Source: an uncultured Sarcina sp. (GTDB lineage Bacteria > Bacillota > Clostridia > Clostridiales > Clostridiaceae). From it: a stretch of DNA of 64,000 bases. The DNA lies in the NCBI GenBank assembly GCA_963559995.1, contig CAUWNL010000001.1, positions 13,108 through 77,107 on the forward strand, read 5' to 3'. The notes beneath the pieces are model-generated. The model worked only from the letters and a program-made list of their open reading frames with translations, was not told where the DNA came from and searched no databases. Below, one piece after another: positions 28,822-38,046 of this stretch (position 1 is the stretch's first letter; every line of letters begins with the position of its first letter). The translations under genes were made by a program, and so were the position numbers.

Positions 28822-30135
28822 TTAGTCCTCCTTGCAATTATCAATGCTTTCTTTACTATATAACGGCAAACTTATAGTAAATGTAGTCCCTTCATTTAAT
28901 TCACTTTTAACTTTAATATCCCCACCATGGGCTTCTACTATCTCTTTAGCTATAGCAAGGCCTAATCCAGTACTTAATAAATCTTTAGTTCTTTCTTTAT
29001 CTATTCTATAAAATCTTTCAAAGACATGTTTTAAATGTTCCTTTTCAATACCTGGGCCATTATCCATTATATCAATAAATACGAAATCATCATTATTATA
29101 TAAGGTAACCTCTATAGATAAATTCTCAGTAGTTCCGTACTTTATAGCATTACCTATAATATTTCTAATAGTTCTATAAATTCTTTTTCCATCTATATTT
29201 ACAAATAAATCTACCTTTAAATTATCTATATATTTAAACCCTATATTTTCTTCTCCTAATATAAAAGTAAACTCTTCTATAACATCCATCATATACATTC
29301 TTATATTAGTTCTATTAAATGAAAAATCTAATTTTTGTACATCTAATTGAGAAAATAAGAATAAATCATCAATTAATCTATTCATATATCCTATGTTGCT
29401 TTGAATTGTTTTTAAATAGCCATCTACTTTTTCTTTAGACTCAATTTTTCCATCTACAATAAATTCTATATACCCATTTATTGATGTTATTGGAGTTTTT
29501 AAATCATGAGAAATATTTGCTATAAGATTTTTTCTATTTTCCTCATATTCAACCTTTAGTTTTTCTCCCTCTTCAAGCTTACTTGCCATATCATTAAAAG
29601 CTCTTGTTAAAATTCCAATTTCATTAAATGAATTATTTTCAACTCTTACTGAATAATCCCCTGTTGAAATTTTTTCAACTCCGTCCTTTAACTTTTCTAT
29701 AGGTTTAACTATCTTTCTCTCTAATCTATAATAAATATAAATATTTGCTATTTCATTTATAGCAAAAAATACTGCAAAGAATATAGTAATTGCCTTTATT
29801 CCTATACTTACAAACATTATTGCAGTTATAATTATACTGACTATAAGTGCTACAAACTTAAAATATACCATATACCTATGAAATAAATAAAATTCCTCTC
29901 TACCTTTATGAGATAATTCAGCATAAGGGTGATGAGTATTTCCTCTATGATGGGATTCAGTATCCCTTTCTATTCGATTATCTGCATTTAGTGAATACTG
30001 CTCTTCTTTTCCATGATTATAAGTATCATTAAATTTTCTATGATATTTATAATGAATATGATAATTTTTAATCATTCTATGATGCTCCCTATGCTCTTTA
30101 ATCTTTTCAATTATACTTTCTTTTAAATTTTTCAT
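28822..30135 (-). CDS. Histidine kinase with a His-rich cytoplasmic N-terminal extension, a TM hairpin, and HAMP, HisKA and HATPase domains
   Basis: 437 aa. 13 His in the first 86 residues (KEHREHHRMIKNYHIHYKYHRK...SHHRGNTHHP). Two TM helices with a minimal loop. H-box ISHDLKTPITSINGY and ATP-binding motif DNGPGI...TGLGLAI. Confidence 0.8.
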   Translation of the reverse strand: MKNLKESIIEKIKEHREHHRMIKNYHIHYKYHRKFNDTYNHGKEEQYSLNADNRIERDTESHHRGNTHHPYAELSHKGREEFYLFHRYMVYFKFVALIVSIIITAIMFVSIGIKAITIFFAVFFAINEIANIYIYYRLERKIVKPIEKLKDGVEKISTGDYSVRVENNSFNEIGILTRAFNDMASKLEEGEKLKVEYEENRKNLIANISHDLKTPITSINGYIEFIVDGKIESKEKVDGYLKTIQSNIGYMNRLIDDLFLFSQLDVQKLDFSFNRTNIRMYMMDVIEEFTFILGEENIGFKYIDNLKVDLFVNIDGKRIYRTIRNIIGNAIKYGTTENLSIEVTLYNNDDFVFIDIMDNGPGIEKEHLKHVFERFYRIDKERTKDLLSTGLGLAIAKEIVEAHGGDIKVKSELNEGTTFTISLPLYSKESIDNCKED

Positions 30136-30221
30136 TTTAACCTCTAATAAAACTATTTTTTTATATAACTGTCTATATTACCATTTATATCATATTAATA
30201 TTACACCCTAAAACAAAAGAA

Positions 30222-30265
30222 AGGAATTTAAGTTTGGTTAATAAATAACATAAACTTAAATTCCT
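30222..30265 (-). terminator. Intrinsic terminator between the His-rich protein gene and the kinase gene
   Basis: Perfect 14-bp stem AGGAATTTAAGTTT / AAACTTAAATTCCT, followed on the minus strand by TTCTTTTGTTTT. Confidence 0.7.
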
Positions 30266-30309
30266 AAAATTAAAATATTTGAGTTTTACCTTGAATAATT
30301 AATTACTTA

Positions 30310-30975
30310 TTACCAGTTTAAAACTAAGCTTATGTCAAAGTTTTTATCACCAGTTCCTTTAGCTTCAAGTTTTTCAACTTCAAAGTTTTTGTTTACATAC
30401 ACATTTAATTTAGCTTCATCATAGTTTCCACAGAATATTTTTTTCATGCATTTTTTATGCATCATCATAATATCATGATGAGCTTTTTGTTCTTCTGTTA
30501 ATTGTATTTGTCCACTTTCACAAGCTGCTTTAAATTCTTGCATTCTTTCTTCTTTAAATGCTTTCATAGCTGCTTTAAGGTCAACTTTTATTAAGTGTCC
30601 TTCACCATTTGCTTCTACTTCAATATCATTTAATCTCTTTAATACGAATGCTATATGTGATAATTTGCCTTTCATTCCACCATGACATCCATGTCCGTGC
30701 ATTCCATGATGTCCATGAGCCATTCTTTTCATTTCTTTAATTTTATTTAGATCTAACTCTTTTTTAACTTCAGCATTTACTTTGAAATCTTCATAGTTTA
30801 TATCTGCTTTTAAATCTATATTTGCTATTCCTTTTGCTATATTTTTGTTGAATTTATTAGTTATAGCCATACCTTTTCCATCTTTTTCTGATACGTTAAG
30901 TTTACCTTCACCCTTAAACTCTTCTTTATCCTTCATAGTTGATACCACTTTGTATAATACTTCTAATTTGTTCAT
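30310..30975 (-). CDS. Hypothetical cytoplasmic protein with a His/Met/Cys-rich metal-binding-like motif
   Basis: 221 aa with no signal peptide or TM helix. Residues 85-101 read MAHGHHGMHGHGCHGGM (nt 30673-30723). A second patch reads AHHDIMMMHKKCMKKIFC. RBS AGGAGGAAT precedes the ATG. Confidence 0.6.
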   Translation of the reverse strand: MNKLEVLYKVVSTMKDKEEFKGEGKLNVSEKDGKGMAITNKFNKNIAKGIANIDLKADINYEDFKVNAEVKKELDLNKIKEMKRMAHGHHGMHGHGCHGGMKGKLSHIAFVLKRLNDIEVEANGEGHLIKVDLKAAMKAFKEERMQEFKAACESGQIQLTEEQKAHHDIMMMHKKCMKKIFCGNYDEAKLNVYVNKNFEVEKLEAKGTGDKNFDISLVLNW

Positions 30976-31233
30976 AATAAATTCCTCCTAAAATATATTA
31001 TTTACATATAACTTCATTTAATTGTTTATAGATTTAACTTTTAATAAGTCTAAACCTTATCTATTAAATAAATTTTATTTATGTACTTATTTGTTTTGTT
31101 CTTTGCTATGATTTAATTTTAGACTAATAAGTTAAAAATTAAATAAAGTAATTATAAAATTTTTATAAAATTTTTTAACTAATAAGTTTAAACTTTTAAT
31201 AAATATGAAACCCAGTCCTACTAAGGTATAGTA

Positions 31234-31262
31234 TTTACACTAATTTATTATTAGTGTATTAT
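31234..31262 (+). promoter_or_regulatory. Candidate promoter of the marR-MATE operon, overlapped by a perfect palindromic operator
   Basis: TTTACA(31234-31239)-17 nt-TATTAT(31257-31262). The palindrome TACACTAAT-TTATT-ATTAGTGTA (31236-31258) fills the spacer. Confidence 0.5.
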
Positions 31263-31383
31263 AATTATTGTAGTGTTTATAAGTGAACAATATATACCAC
31301 ATTATCTTTTTTAATAACAAATTATAAGAAGTATAAAATATTAAATAATACTTAAATATTTTTATTTTAATAAAGGAGAAATT

Positions 31384-31812
31384 ATGGAATTTAGTATGGG
31401 AAGAAACCTAAGTTTTATTTACAGATCTTATCATAAATATATGAATAAAGTTTTAAAAGATATAAATGTCTCTGCTGGTGAATTTCCTATTTTATTTGCT
31501 CTTTCAAAACGAGATGGGCTAGGACAAAATGAATTAAGTAGGGTTGTCATAATGAACAAATCTTTAGTATCTAGACATATACAAACTCTTTCAACTAAAG
31601 GCTTTATAAATGTAAACCAAGAAAAAGAAAGCAATAATAAAAATATTCTTTCATTATCTGATAAGGGTAAAGAATTAATGCCTAAAATAATAACTGCAAA
31701 AAATAACTGGGAACGAGAAGTGTTGAAAGACTTCACATCTAAGGAAAAGGAATGTTTTTTTAACATGTTAGATAAATTATTAGAAGCTTCTTTTAACGTA
31801 ATAAAAGAATAA
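31384..31812 (+). CDS. MarR-family transcriptional regulator
   Basis: 142 aa. HTH LGQNELSRVVIMNKSLVSRHIQTLSTKGFI. Directly upstream of a MATE efflux gene. Confidence 0.75.
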   Translation: MEFSMGRNLSFIYRSYHKYMNKVLKDINVSAGEFPILFALSKRDGLGQNELSRVVIMNKSLVSRHIQTLSTKGFINVNQEKESNNKNILSLSDKGKELMPKIITAKNNWEREVLKDFTSKEKECFFNMLDKLLEASFNVIKE

Positions 31813-31855
31813 AATTAAATACATATAAAAATAAATTTAGGGGAAAGAATATGAA

Positions 31856-33241
31856 ATGAATAAACAAGAAAGATTAGGCAAAGATCCTATTGGAAAGCTC
31901 CTTTTAGAGTTTTCCATTCCTACAATAATATCTATGATGGTAAATGCACTATACACTATAATAGATAGAATTTATATTGGGCATATACCTGGAATTGGTT
32001 ATTTAGCTATAGTTGGGGTTGGAGTTACTCAACCTTTAACTTTAATTATCTTTGCATTTTCCATGCTTATTGGAACTGGTGCATCTATTTACATATCTAT
32101 AAATTTAGGTAAAGGCAATAAAGAAGAGGCAGAAAAAACCCTAGGAAATACATTACTTCTTACTATTATAGTTGGCGCTATCATTACTGTGGTAGGTCTT
32201 TTACTTCTAACTCCAAGTCTTTATGCCTTTGGAGCAACTGCTAATACTCTTATTTATGGACAAGAGTTTATGAGGATTTTATTTATAGGAACTATTTTTA
32301 ATATGTTCAGTTTTGTATTAACTCAAATAATTAGAGCTGATGGTAGTCCTAAAAAGGCCATGAATATACTTTTAATTGGAATAATCATAAACATAATATT
32401 AGATCCAATACTTATATTTTTACTTGGTCTTGGTGTTACAGGTGCTGCTATTGCTACAGTAACATCTCAAATTATAATAACAATATTGTCTTTTAGATAT
32501 TTTAAAAGTAAACATAGCGTTCTTAAAATATTAAAAAGTACCTTTAAACTTAACTATAAAAGAAGTTTAAATACGTCAAAATTAGGAATAGCAGCTTTTG
32601 CAACTCAATTGACATCTAGTTTAGTTTTAGTTGTCGCAAATAATTCTCTAAAACTTCATGGTGGAGCTTTATCAATAGGTGCTATGACAATAATAGCCGC
32701 TGTTGCACAGGTTTTCTATACTCCTGTTTATGGTATAAACCAAGGAGCCCAGCCTATTATTGGATTTAATTTTGGTGCAAAAAAAATTAAACGTACCATA
32801 GATACAGTATCTAAAGCTAGTATTGCAGCTACTATTTTAATGATTTGTGCCTTTTTAGTTATTGAAATATTTCCAAAAGAAGTTATTGAAATATTTAATG
32901 GAAATTTAACTCTTATAAATGATACAGTTTTTGGAATGAGAATCTATTTACTTTGCTTACCTCTTGATGGATTCCAAATAATTGCTAGTAACTATTTTAG
33001 ATCAATTGGTCATGTTAAAATAGCAACATTTTTAGGCCAGCTTAGAAAAGGACTTTTATTTATACCCCTTGTATTTATTCTTCCCGTGTTTTGGGGGATT
33101 ACAGGAGTTTGGCTATCAGGCTGTATGGGAGATTTCCTTTCATTCTTAATAACTGCAATTATATTCTTTAGAGAAGTGAGAAAACTTAAGAAAACTAGAG
33201 AGTATAAAGCTGAATTAGAAGAAAGTAAATTAATAGCATAA
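31856..33241 (+). CDS. MATE-family multidrug efflux transporter
   Basis: 461 aa with 12 TM helices. N-terminus GKLLLEFSIPTIISMMVNALYTIIDRIYIG is typical of the MATE/NorM family. Confidence 0.85.
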   Translation: MNKQERLGKDPIGKLLLEFSIPTIISMMVNALYTIIDRIYIGHIPGIGYLAIVGVGVTQPLTLIIFAFSMLIGTGASIYISINLGKGNKEEAEKTLGNTLLLTIIVGAIITVVGLLLLTPSLYAFGATANTLIYGQEFMRILFIGTIFNMFSFVLTQIIRADGSPKKAMNILLIGIIINIILDPILIFLLGLGVTGAAIATVTSQIIITILSFRYFKSKHSVLKILKSTFKLNYKRSLNTSKLGIAAFATQLTSSLVLVVANNSLKLHGGALSIGAMTIIAAVAQVFYTPVYGINQGAQPIIGFNFGAKKIKRTIDTVSKASIAATILMICAFLVIEIFPKEVIEIFNGNLTLINDTVFGMRIYLLCLPLDGFQIIASNYFRSIGHVKIATFLGQLRKGLLFIPLVFILPVFWGITGVWLSGCMGDFLSFLITAIIFFREVRKLKKTREYKAELEESKLIA

Positions 33242-33289
33242 AAAAGGGACTTCAAATTTGAAGTCTCTTTTGATTTAAAATTTTTTTAT

Positions 33290-33877
33290 CTATTTTTTTA
33301 TTGAATAAATTATGTAAATATCATTTTCATCAACCATCTTATCAACAAAAAATGAATTAACAAGCATCCAACCAACCTCAGCTGTTTCTTTAAGGCCTAA
33401 TGATATGTCACTTACCTTTTTTTTGTTATTATGATGGTCGTTTAATTGATCTCTTCCCATATCGTGACAAATTAAAAATTTACCATTATCTCTTAACAAA
33501 CTATGTACATGAGCTATAAACTTATCTGGATCTAAAAAATGTGGAAATGCATTATATATAATAACATAATCAAATTTTCTATCTTTTATATTATGAACAT
33601 CATCACAAATAAACTCTATTCTTTCATCATCATATTTTTCTTTTGCTTTTTTTATCATATTTTCAGCTATATCAACTGCAACTATTGATTTAGGATTATA
33701 TTTAAGTAAAAATTGCTCCATAACTCCAGTTCCACAAGCAACATCTAAAATATCCAATCCCTCTTTCATTTCACCAACTTCTAAAATTCTCTTTATCTTT
33801 TCTTCTCTTGGAATTGCTCTTTCATCCCAGTTTTCTGCCCATGCATTAAAAACCTCTTTAATTCTTTCATTACTCAT
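33290..33877 (-). CDS. Class I SAM-dependent methyltransferase
   Basis: Motif I ILDVACGTG. The start is set at ATG 33877 (MSNERIKE), 6 nt after AGGTG. The ORF track's GTG at 33886 overlaps that RBS. Confidence 0.75.
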   Translation of the reverse strand: MSNERIKEVFNAWAENWDERAIPREEKIKRILEVGEMKEGLDILDVACGTGVMEQFLLKYNPKSIVAVDIAENMIKKAKEKYDDERIEFICDDVHNIKDRKFDYVIIYNAFPHFLDPDKFIAHVHSLLRDNGKFLICHDMGRDQLNDHHNNKKKVSDISLGLKETAEVGWMLVNSFFVDKMVDENDIYIIYSIKK

Positions 33878-34392
33878 TATATACACCTACTTTCTTAAGT
33901 ATTTTGATAACAAAAAAATTATTAATTCTAATACTATTTTAAATAGTTATCATTATTATTAGTATAACAAATGTATAGGCAAAATTCTCTATTATTTTAT
34001 TATTAGCTAAAACTTAATGATTATCATATGAAAATTGTAGAATAACCCATTTTTATACTATTGATTATAAAAATGTAATATTTTTTTTGATATTTTTAAT
34101 TTTTTTATAATTGATATTTATCCCTTTTAATAAATATTATTGAATAAATTTTAATGTTAATACAATCTTTTTTTATTTTACTAACTTTATTTATTCTATA
34201 ATATAAAATAACTGTATTTTAATTAAATTTCATGAAATTTATTATAATTTTAATCTATAATACCACTTAATAAGTTATTCCTTAACCTATTGCTTTTTTA
34301 TTATAATATATATAAAATAACTAATGGAAATAATACCAATTTTCCAATTTACTTTTATACTATTTTATACCAAAGATAAAGGAGTGGTTAAC

Positions 34393-34749
34393 TTGAAATA
34401 TCAATACAGATTTAAATTCTATGTTAGCGCCAGACATTATTCTAATATAAGTGGGACATCTACTATTTTACACCCACATACCTGGGAGCTAACTCTACTA
34501 GTATCTTCATCTAAGAATGAACTTATTGAGTTTAGTTACTTAGAAACCAAGATAGTTCAATATTTGAAAAATTTCGAACAAAAATCTCTTAATACTTTAG
34601 AAGCTTTTATTAATAAAAGCTGTACAACTGAAGATATAGCATATATATTCTTTGAGGATATATCTAACATAATCTTGAAAGATGATATTGTTTTAGATTG
34701 CCTAGAACTTAGTGAGAATCCAACTAGAACTTTTATTATAAAGAGGTAA
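34393..34749 (+). CDS. 6-pyruvoyl-tetrahydropterin-synthase/QueD-fold protein, exosortase-G-system-associated type
   Basis: 118 aa from TTG 34393 behind AAAGGAG. The ORF-track ATG at 34324 has no RBS. The motif LHPHTWEL resembles the PTPS/QueD His motif. It is the first gene of a tight three-gene cassette. Confidence 0.6.
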   Translation: MKYQYRFKFYVSARHYSNISGTSTILHPHTWELTLLVSSSKNELIEFSYLETKIVQYLKNFEQKSLNTLEAFINKSCTTEDIAYIFFEDISNIILKDDIVLDCLELSENPTRTFIIKR

Positions 34750-34762
34750 GGGTGAATACGTT

Positions 34763-35347
34763 ATGATTATTATTCCTTTATTTATAATCTCCATGATAGT
34801 TTGGATATTTCTAATTAAAATGTTTTACGATTTAAAAATAACAGCTTTTAGATTTTATACTGGTTCTATAGGCCTATTTTTTATAATATTATTTTTTTTC
34901 AGACCTTATTTAGAATCAGGCTTTAAATTTTTATTATTTTATTCATTATTATTTGTGAGTAAAATAACACATATTTTTTACATAAGTACTTTATCTAATG
35001 CTGTAGTTACTGTTAATAATTTAACATTTAACATAAATTTTAACCTTCAAGCATCAACATTAATAAGTATGATAGTATTTACATCATTGATATGTTTCTT
35101 TCCACTATTACACCTTAAAAGAAGACTTTATTTATTTTTTTTAGGAAATATATTAATATTTCTAATAAATATTTGCAGATCTTTTATTGTAATCCTACTA
35201 ATAAGGTTATTCTCTAGATATTCTCTAGTAATTGACTTTGACATTATAGGGAAATTAATATTTTTCTCATTAATCATAATGTTATATTACGTTATATTTA
35301 CTAAAGCACAGATCAAAAATCAAAAAGTAGGTGAATTACTATGTTAA
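34763..35347 (+). CDS. xrtG: XrtG-like (Gram-positive exosortase family) polytopic membrane protein
   Basis: 194 aa, about 6 TM helices. Candidate Cys/Arg pair NICRSF. The call rests mainly on size plus the conserved context of a PTPS-like gene upstream and a GT2 gene downstream. Confidence 0.5.
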   Translation: MIIIPLFIISMIVWIFLIKMFYDLKITAFRFYTGSIGLFFIILFFFRPYLESGFKFLLFYSLLFVSKITHIFYISTLSNAVVTVNNLTFNINFNLQASTLISMIVFTSLICFFPLLHLKRRLYLFFLGNILIFLINICRSFIVILLIRLFSRYSLVIDFDIIGKLIFFSLIIMLYYVIFTKAQIKNQKVGELLC

Positions 35348-36669
35348 ATATGTTGTATTTTTATTTAATATTTTGGGGAATATGGCTTATAATACCTATA
35401 TTAGTAGATGGAATTCCAGGATTTTTTATAGCTTTTAACTTGTTTAGTTCACATTTTAAAATAATTAAGAAGGAAAAGATATTAAAATCTTATCCAACAA
35501 TATCTATTATAATACCAGTTTACAATTCAGCAAGCACCCTAATGGCTTGTATAGAATCTGTTGTAAAACAAAAATATCCTAAAAATAAAATAGAGATATT
35601 TCTAATAGATAATGGTTCTTCTGATAATTCTTTTGAGGTATTTTGTAAGACATATGATATTTATCCTAACAGTCAAATGTGGTGGTTAACTTCTGGAAAT
35701 GGTAAAGTAAATGCACTCAATAAGGGTTTATATTTATCTAAAGGAGATTATTTAATTAATATAGATTCTGATGGGATATTACATGAGGATGCTATCTTTA
35801 ATATGATTTATGACTTTGAACAAGACCATAGTATATCTGCTATGACAGGAGCAATACTGATAAATAAGGATACTATGACTAAGCGTAAAAACTTCCTTAA
35901 GCTTATTCAAAAGTGTGAGTTATATGAATATTTAGAAGCCTTTCTTATTGGTAGAGCTTATGAATCTAAAAGAAATAATATGTTTACTTTAGCCGGTGCT
36001 TTTTCAGGTTTTAGAAGATCTGCAATAGTTAAAACTCATCTCTACAACTCTGAAACTCTTGGAGAAGATACTGCTATGACTTTTGAAATTAAAACATCTT
36101 TAAATGGTAAAGTTAAACTATGCCCTACTGCTTATTTCTTTACAGATTCTATAGAAGGAGTGGATAAACTTTATCTACAAAGACAAAGATGGCAATGTGG
36201 TGAACTTGAAGTAGCTGCATTATTTAAAAGACAAAACTTAAGTAAAAAATTAAGAAGAATGATTACCGTTACTTTGATTAAAGATCATACATTTTTATTT
36301 TCTAGAATGATTTGGTTTTTTGGAAACATATATCTAGTTGCAAGTTCATACCCTTTGTATATAATACTATTATCAAACTTGTTACTCTATATTATGTATT
36401 CACTTATATCTCTTTGTAACTTTATAGTTATAAATAAATATTTAAAAAACTTAAAAGATTACAAATCTTACTACAAGAGAAATTTCTTTATAGTATTTTT
36501 AATGCCTGCATATAGAATTTTTACATTTTTTATAAGAGCTCTCGGCGCAATAAATGCTATGGATGAAGAATCAAATTGGAATAGAAAAACTTTTAAAACT
36601 GAAAAATCTGAAATAGTCCAGTACATAAAATCAATATTTTCTAGCAAGAAGAAAAAATCAAGAGGCTAA
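35341..36669 (+). CDS. Processive family-2 glycosyltransferase (cellulose/PNAG/chitin-synthase-like), XrtG-associated type
   Basis: 442 aa. N-terminal TM helices, then PVYNS, DNGSSD, IDSDG, GEDTAMT and QRQRW (Q-x-x-RW), followed by C-terminal TM helices. Overlaps the previous gene by 7 nt. Confidence 0.8.
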   Translation: MLNMLYFYLIFWGIWLIIPILVDGIPGFFIAFNLFSSHFKIIKKEKILKSYPTISIIIPVYNSASTLMACIESVVKQKYPKNKIEIFLIDNGSSDNSFEVFCKTYDIYPNSQMWWLTSGNGKVNALNKGLYLSKGDYLINIDSDGILHEDAIFNMIYDFEQDHSISAMTGAILINKDTMTKRKNFLKLIQKCELYEYLEAFLIGRAYESKRNNMFTLAGAFSGFRRSAIVKTHLYNSETLGEDTAMTFEIKTSLNGKVKLCPTAYFFTDSIEGVDKLYLQRQRWQCGELEVAALFKRQNLSKKLRRMITVTLIKDHTFLFSRMIWFFGNIYLVASSYPLYIILLSNLLLYIMYSLISLCNFIVINKYLKNLKDYKSYYKRNFFIVFLMPAYRIFTFFIRALGAINAMDEESNWNRKTFKTEKSEIVQYIKSIFSSKKKKSRG

Positions 36670-36682
36670 AGTTTATTACTAT

Positions 36683-36724
36683 AAAAATATAAGATATAAG
36701 TGTATACTTATATCTTATATTTTT
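36683..36724. terminator. Bidirectional terminator between the GT2 gene and luxS
   Basis: Perfect 19-bp stem AAAAATATAAGATATAAGT / ACTTATATCTTATATTTTT. Confidence 0.85.
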
Positions 36725-36727
36725 ATA

Positions 36728-37177
36728 CTATCTATATATTTTATTGCTTATTCCTTTTTCTAAAATTTCTTTAATATATTCTTTTGCTGCAAATAAAGAA
36801 TGATCTCTATAATTTCCACACTCCTTTGCAGTAGTTGCTGGAATAGTATCTTGCTCTAATATCTTATTAAGAGCATAATTTAAAGCATCAATTACATTGT
36901 CAACCTGAACATCTCCCCATGCTACCATATAAAATCCAGTTCTACATCCCATAGGTGATATATCTATTATTCCATCCATTTTTTCTCTCATAAATGTAGC
37001 TAAGAAATGTTCTATTGTGTGTACAGCTCCAGTTGGCATTTCTTTTTCATTGGGCTGTAAAAACCTTAAATCAAACTTAGTTATTTTTATACCTTTCCTC
37101 TCATCTTGTCCAGCTTTTCTAACATAAGGTGCTTTAACTTTTGTATGGTCTAGCTCAAAACTTTCTACTTTAATCAT
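36728..37177 (-). CDS. luxS: S-ribosylhomocysteine lyase
   Basis: 149 aa. HTIEHFLATFMR (HxxEH metal site) and GCRTGFY. Confidence 0.9.
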   Translation of the reverse strand: MIKVESFELDHTKVKAPYVRKAGQDERKGIKITKFDLRFLQPNEKEMPTGAVHTIEHFLATFMREKMDGIIDISPMGCRTGFYMVAWGDVQVDNVIDALNYALNKILEQDTIPATTAKECGNYRDHSLFAAKEYIKEILEKGISNKIYR

Positions 37178-37479
37178 AAAATTTCCCCTCCTTAAATTTT
37201 GAATAAAAATATTAAAATCTTAAAAATATGTTCCTACATATATCTAACCAATATATTTTAATATTATATATTTTTTTCAATATTGTAAATATAATTTATT
37301 TATAAAAAAATAAGCTATATGATTAATATTCCTAAGAATTAATAATATAACTTATCTTTATGTACTACTAATTAAATTTATTAATTTTCAAAGTTTTAAA
37401 ACACTTGATTAGTTTAACTATAAGTTAAACAATATTCTAACTAACCTAAATTCAATAATCTCTTAAAATAAACATAAAA

Positions 37480-38046
37480 CTATTTTATATATTGAACAGT
37501 ATTTTCTCTTCTAGTAGGAGCCTTAGTCATTCTTACTTCTTTATAACCTAAAGCTACTGCATAATATGGCTTAAACCCTTCTGGTATTTGTAATGTATTT
37601 TTATATTTTTTAAATCCTTCTTCATTATTAAATAATAAAGTTACAAAACCATTCCAACAGGCCCCTATATCTAAACTTTCAGCTGCTAATAACATATTTT
37701 GAGTTGCAGCTGCACAATCAACTTCTGGCATCATATTTTCTTCTTTTCCTGAAACAATAATTACTGTTGGTGCATCATAAAAAATATTAAATTTTTCATT
37801 ATTAGCCATTTTTCTTATCATTTCATCTGGAATATTTTTAGCCATTTCTTTAGTTGAACTGCTTAATTCTTGTATAACTTTTTTATTTTGAATTACAGTA
37901 AAATTCCATGATTGTTGATTATGAGCGCTTGGCGCATATAATCCTGCATCAATTATTTCTTTTAATTCTTCATCTTTTATTTGTTCTAATTTAAATTTTC
38001 TTGTAGTTCTTCTTTCTTTTATAATTTTTAATGCATTATTCATCAT
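37480..38046 (-). CDS. Nitroreductase-family flavoprotein
   Basis: 188 aa. RRTTRKF...APSAHNQQSW is a typical NAD(P)H nitroreductase N-terminus. Confidence 0.8.
   Translation of the reverse strand: MMNNALKIIKERRTTRKFKLEQIKDEELKEIIDAGLYAPSAHNQQSWNFTVIQNKKVIQELSSSTKEMAKNIPDEMIRKMANNEKFNIFYDAPTVIIVSGKEENMMPEVDCAAATQNMLLAAESLDIGACWNGFVTLLFNNEEGFKKYKNTLQIPEGFKPYYAVALGYKEVRMTKAPTRRENTVQYIK

Noticed and set aside
28820-28837. ORF-track start (MQGGLKM...) for the response regulator
   Set aside because: It lies within the kinase coding region. The ATG at 28819 has a canonical AAGGAGG RBS and gives the usual MDEKKILIIEDD receiver start.
34324-34392. ORF-track ATG start (34324) for the PTPS-like gene
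   Set aside because: There is no RBS, and the first 23 residues are hydrophobic read-through of AT-rich DNA. TTG 34393 follows AAAGGAG and gives the size expected for the family.
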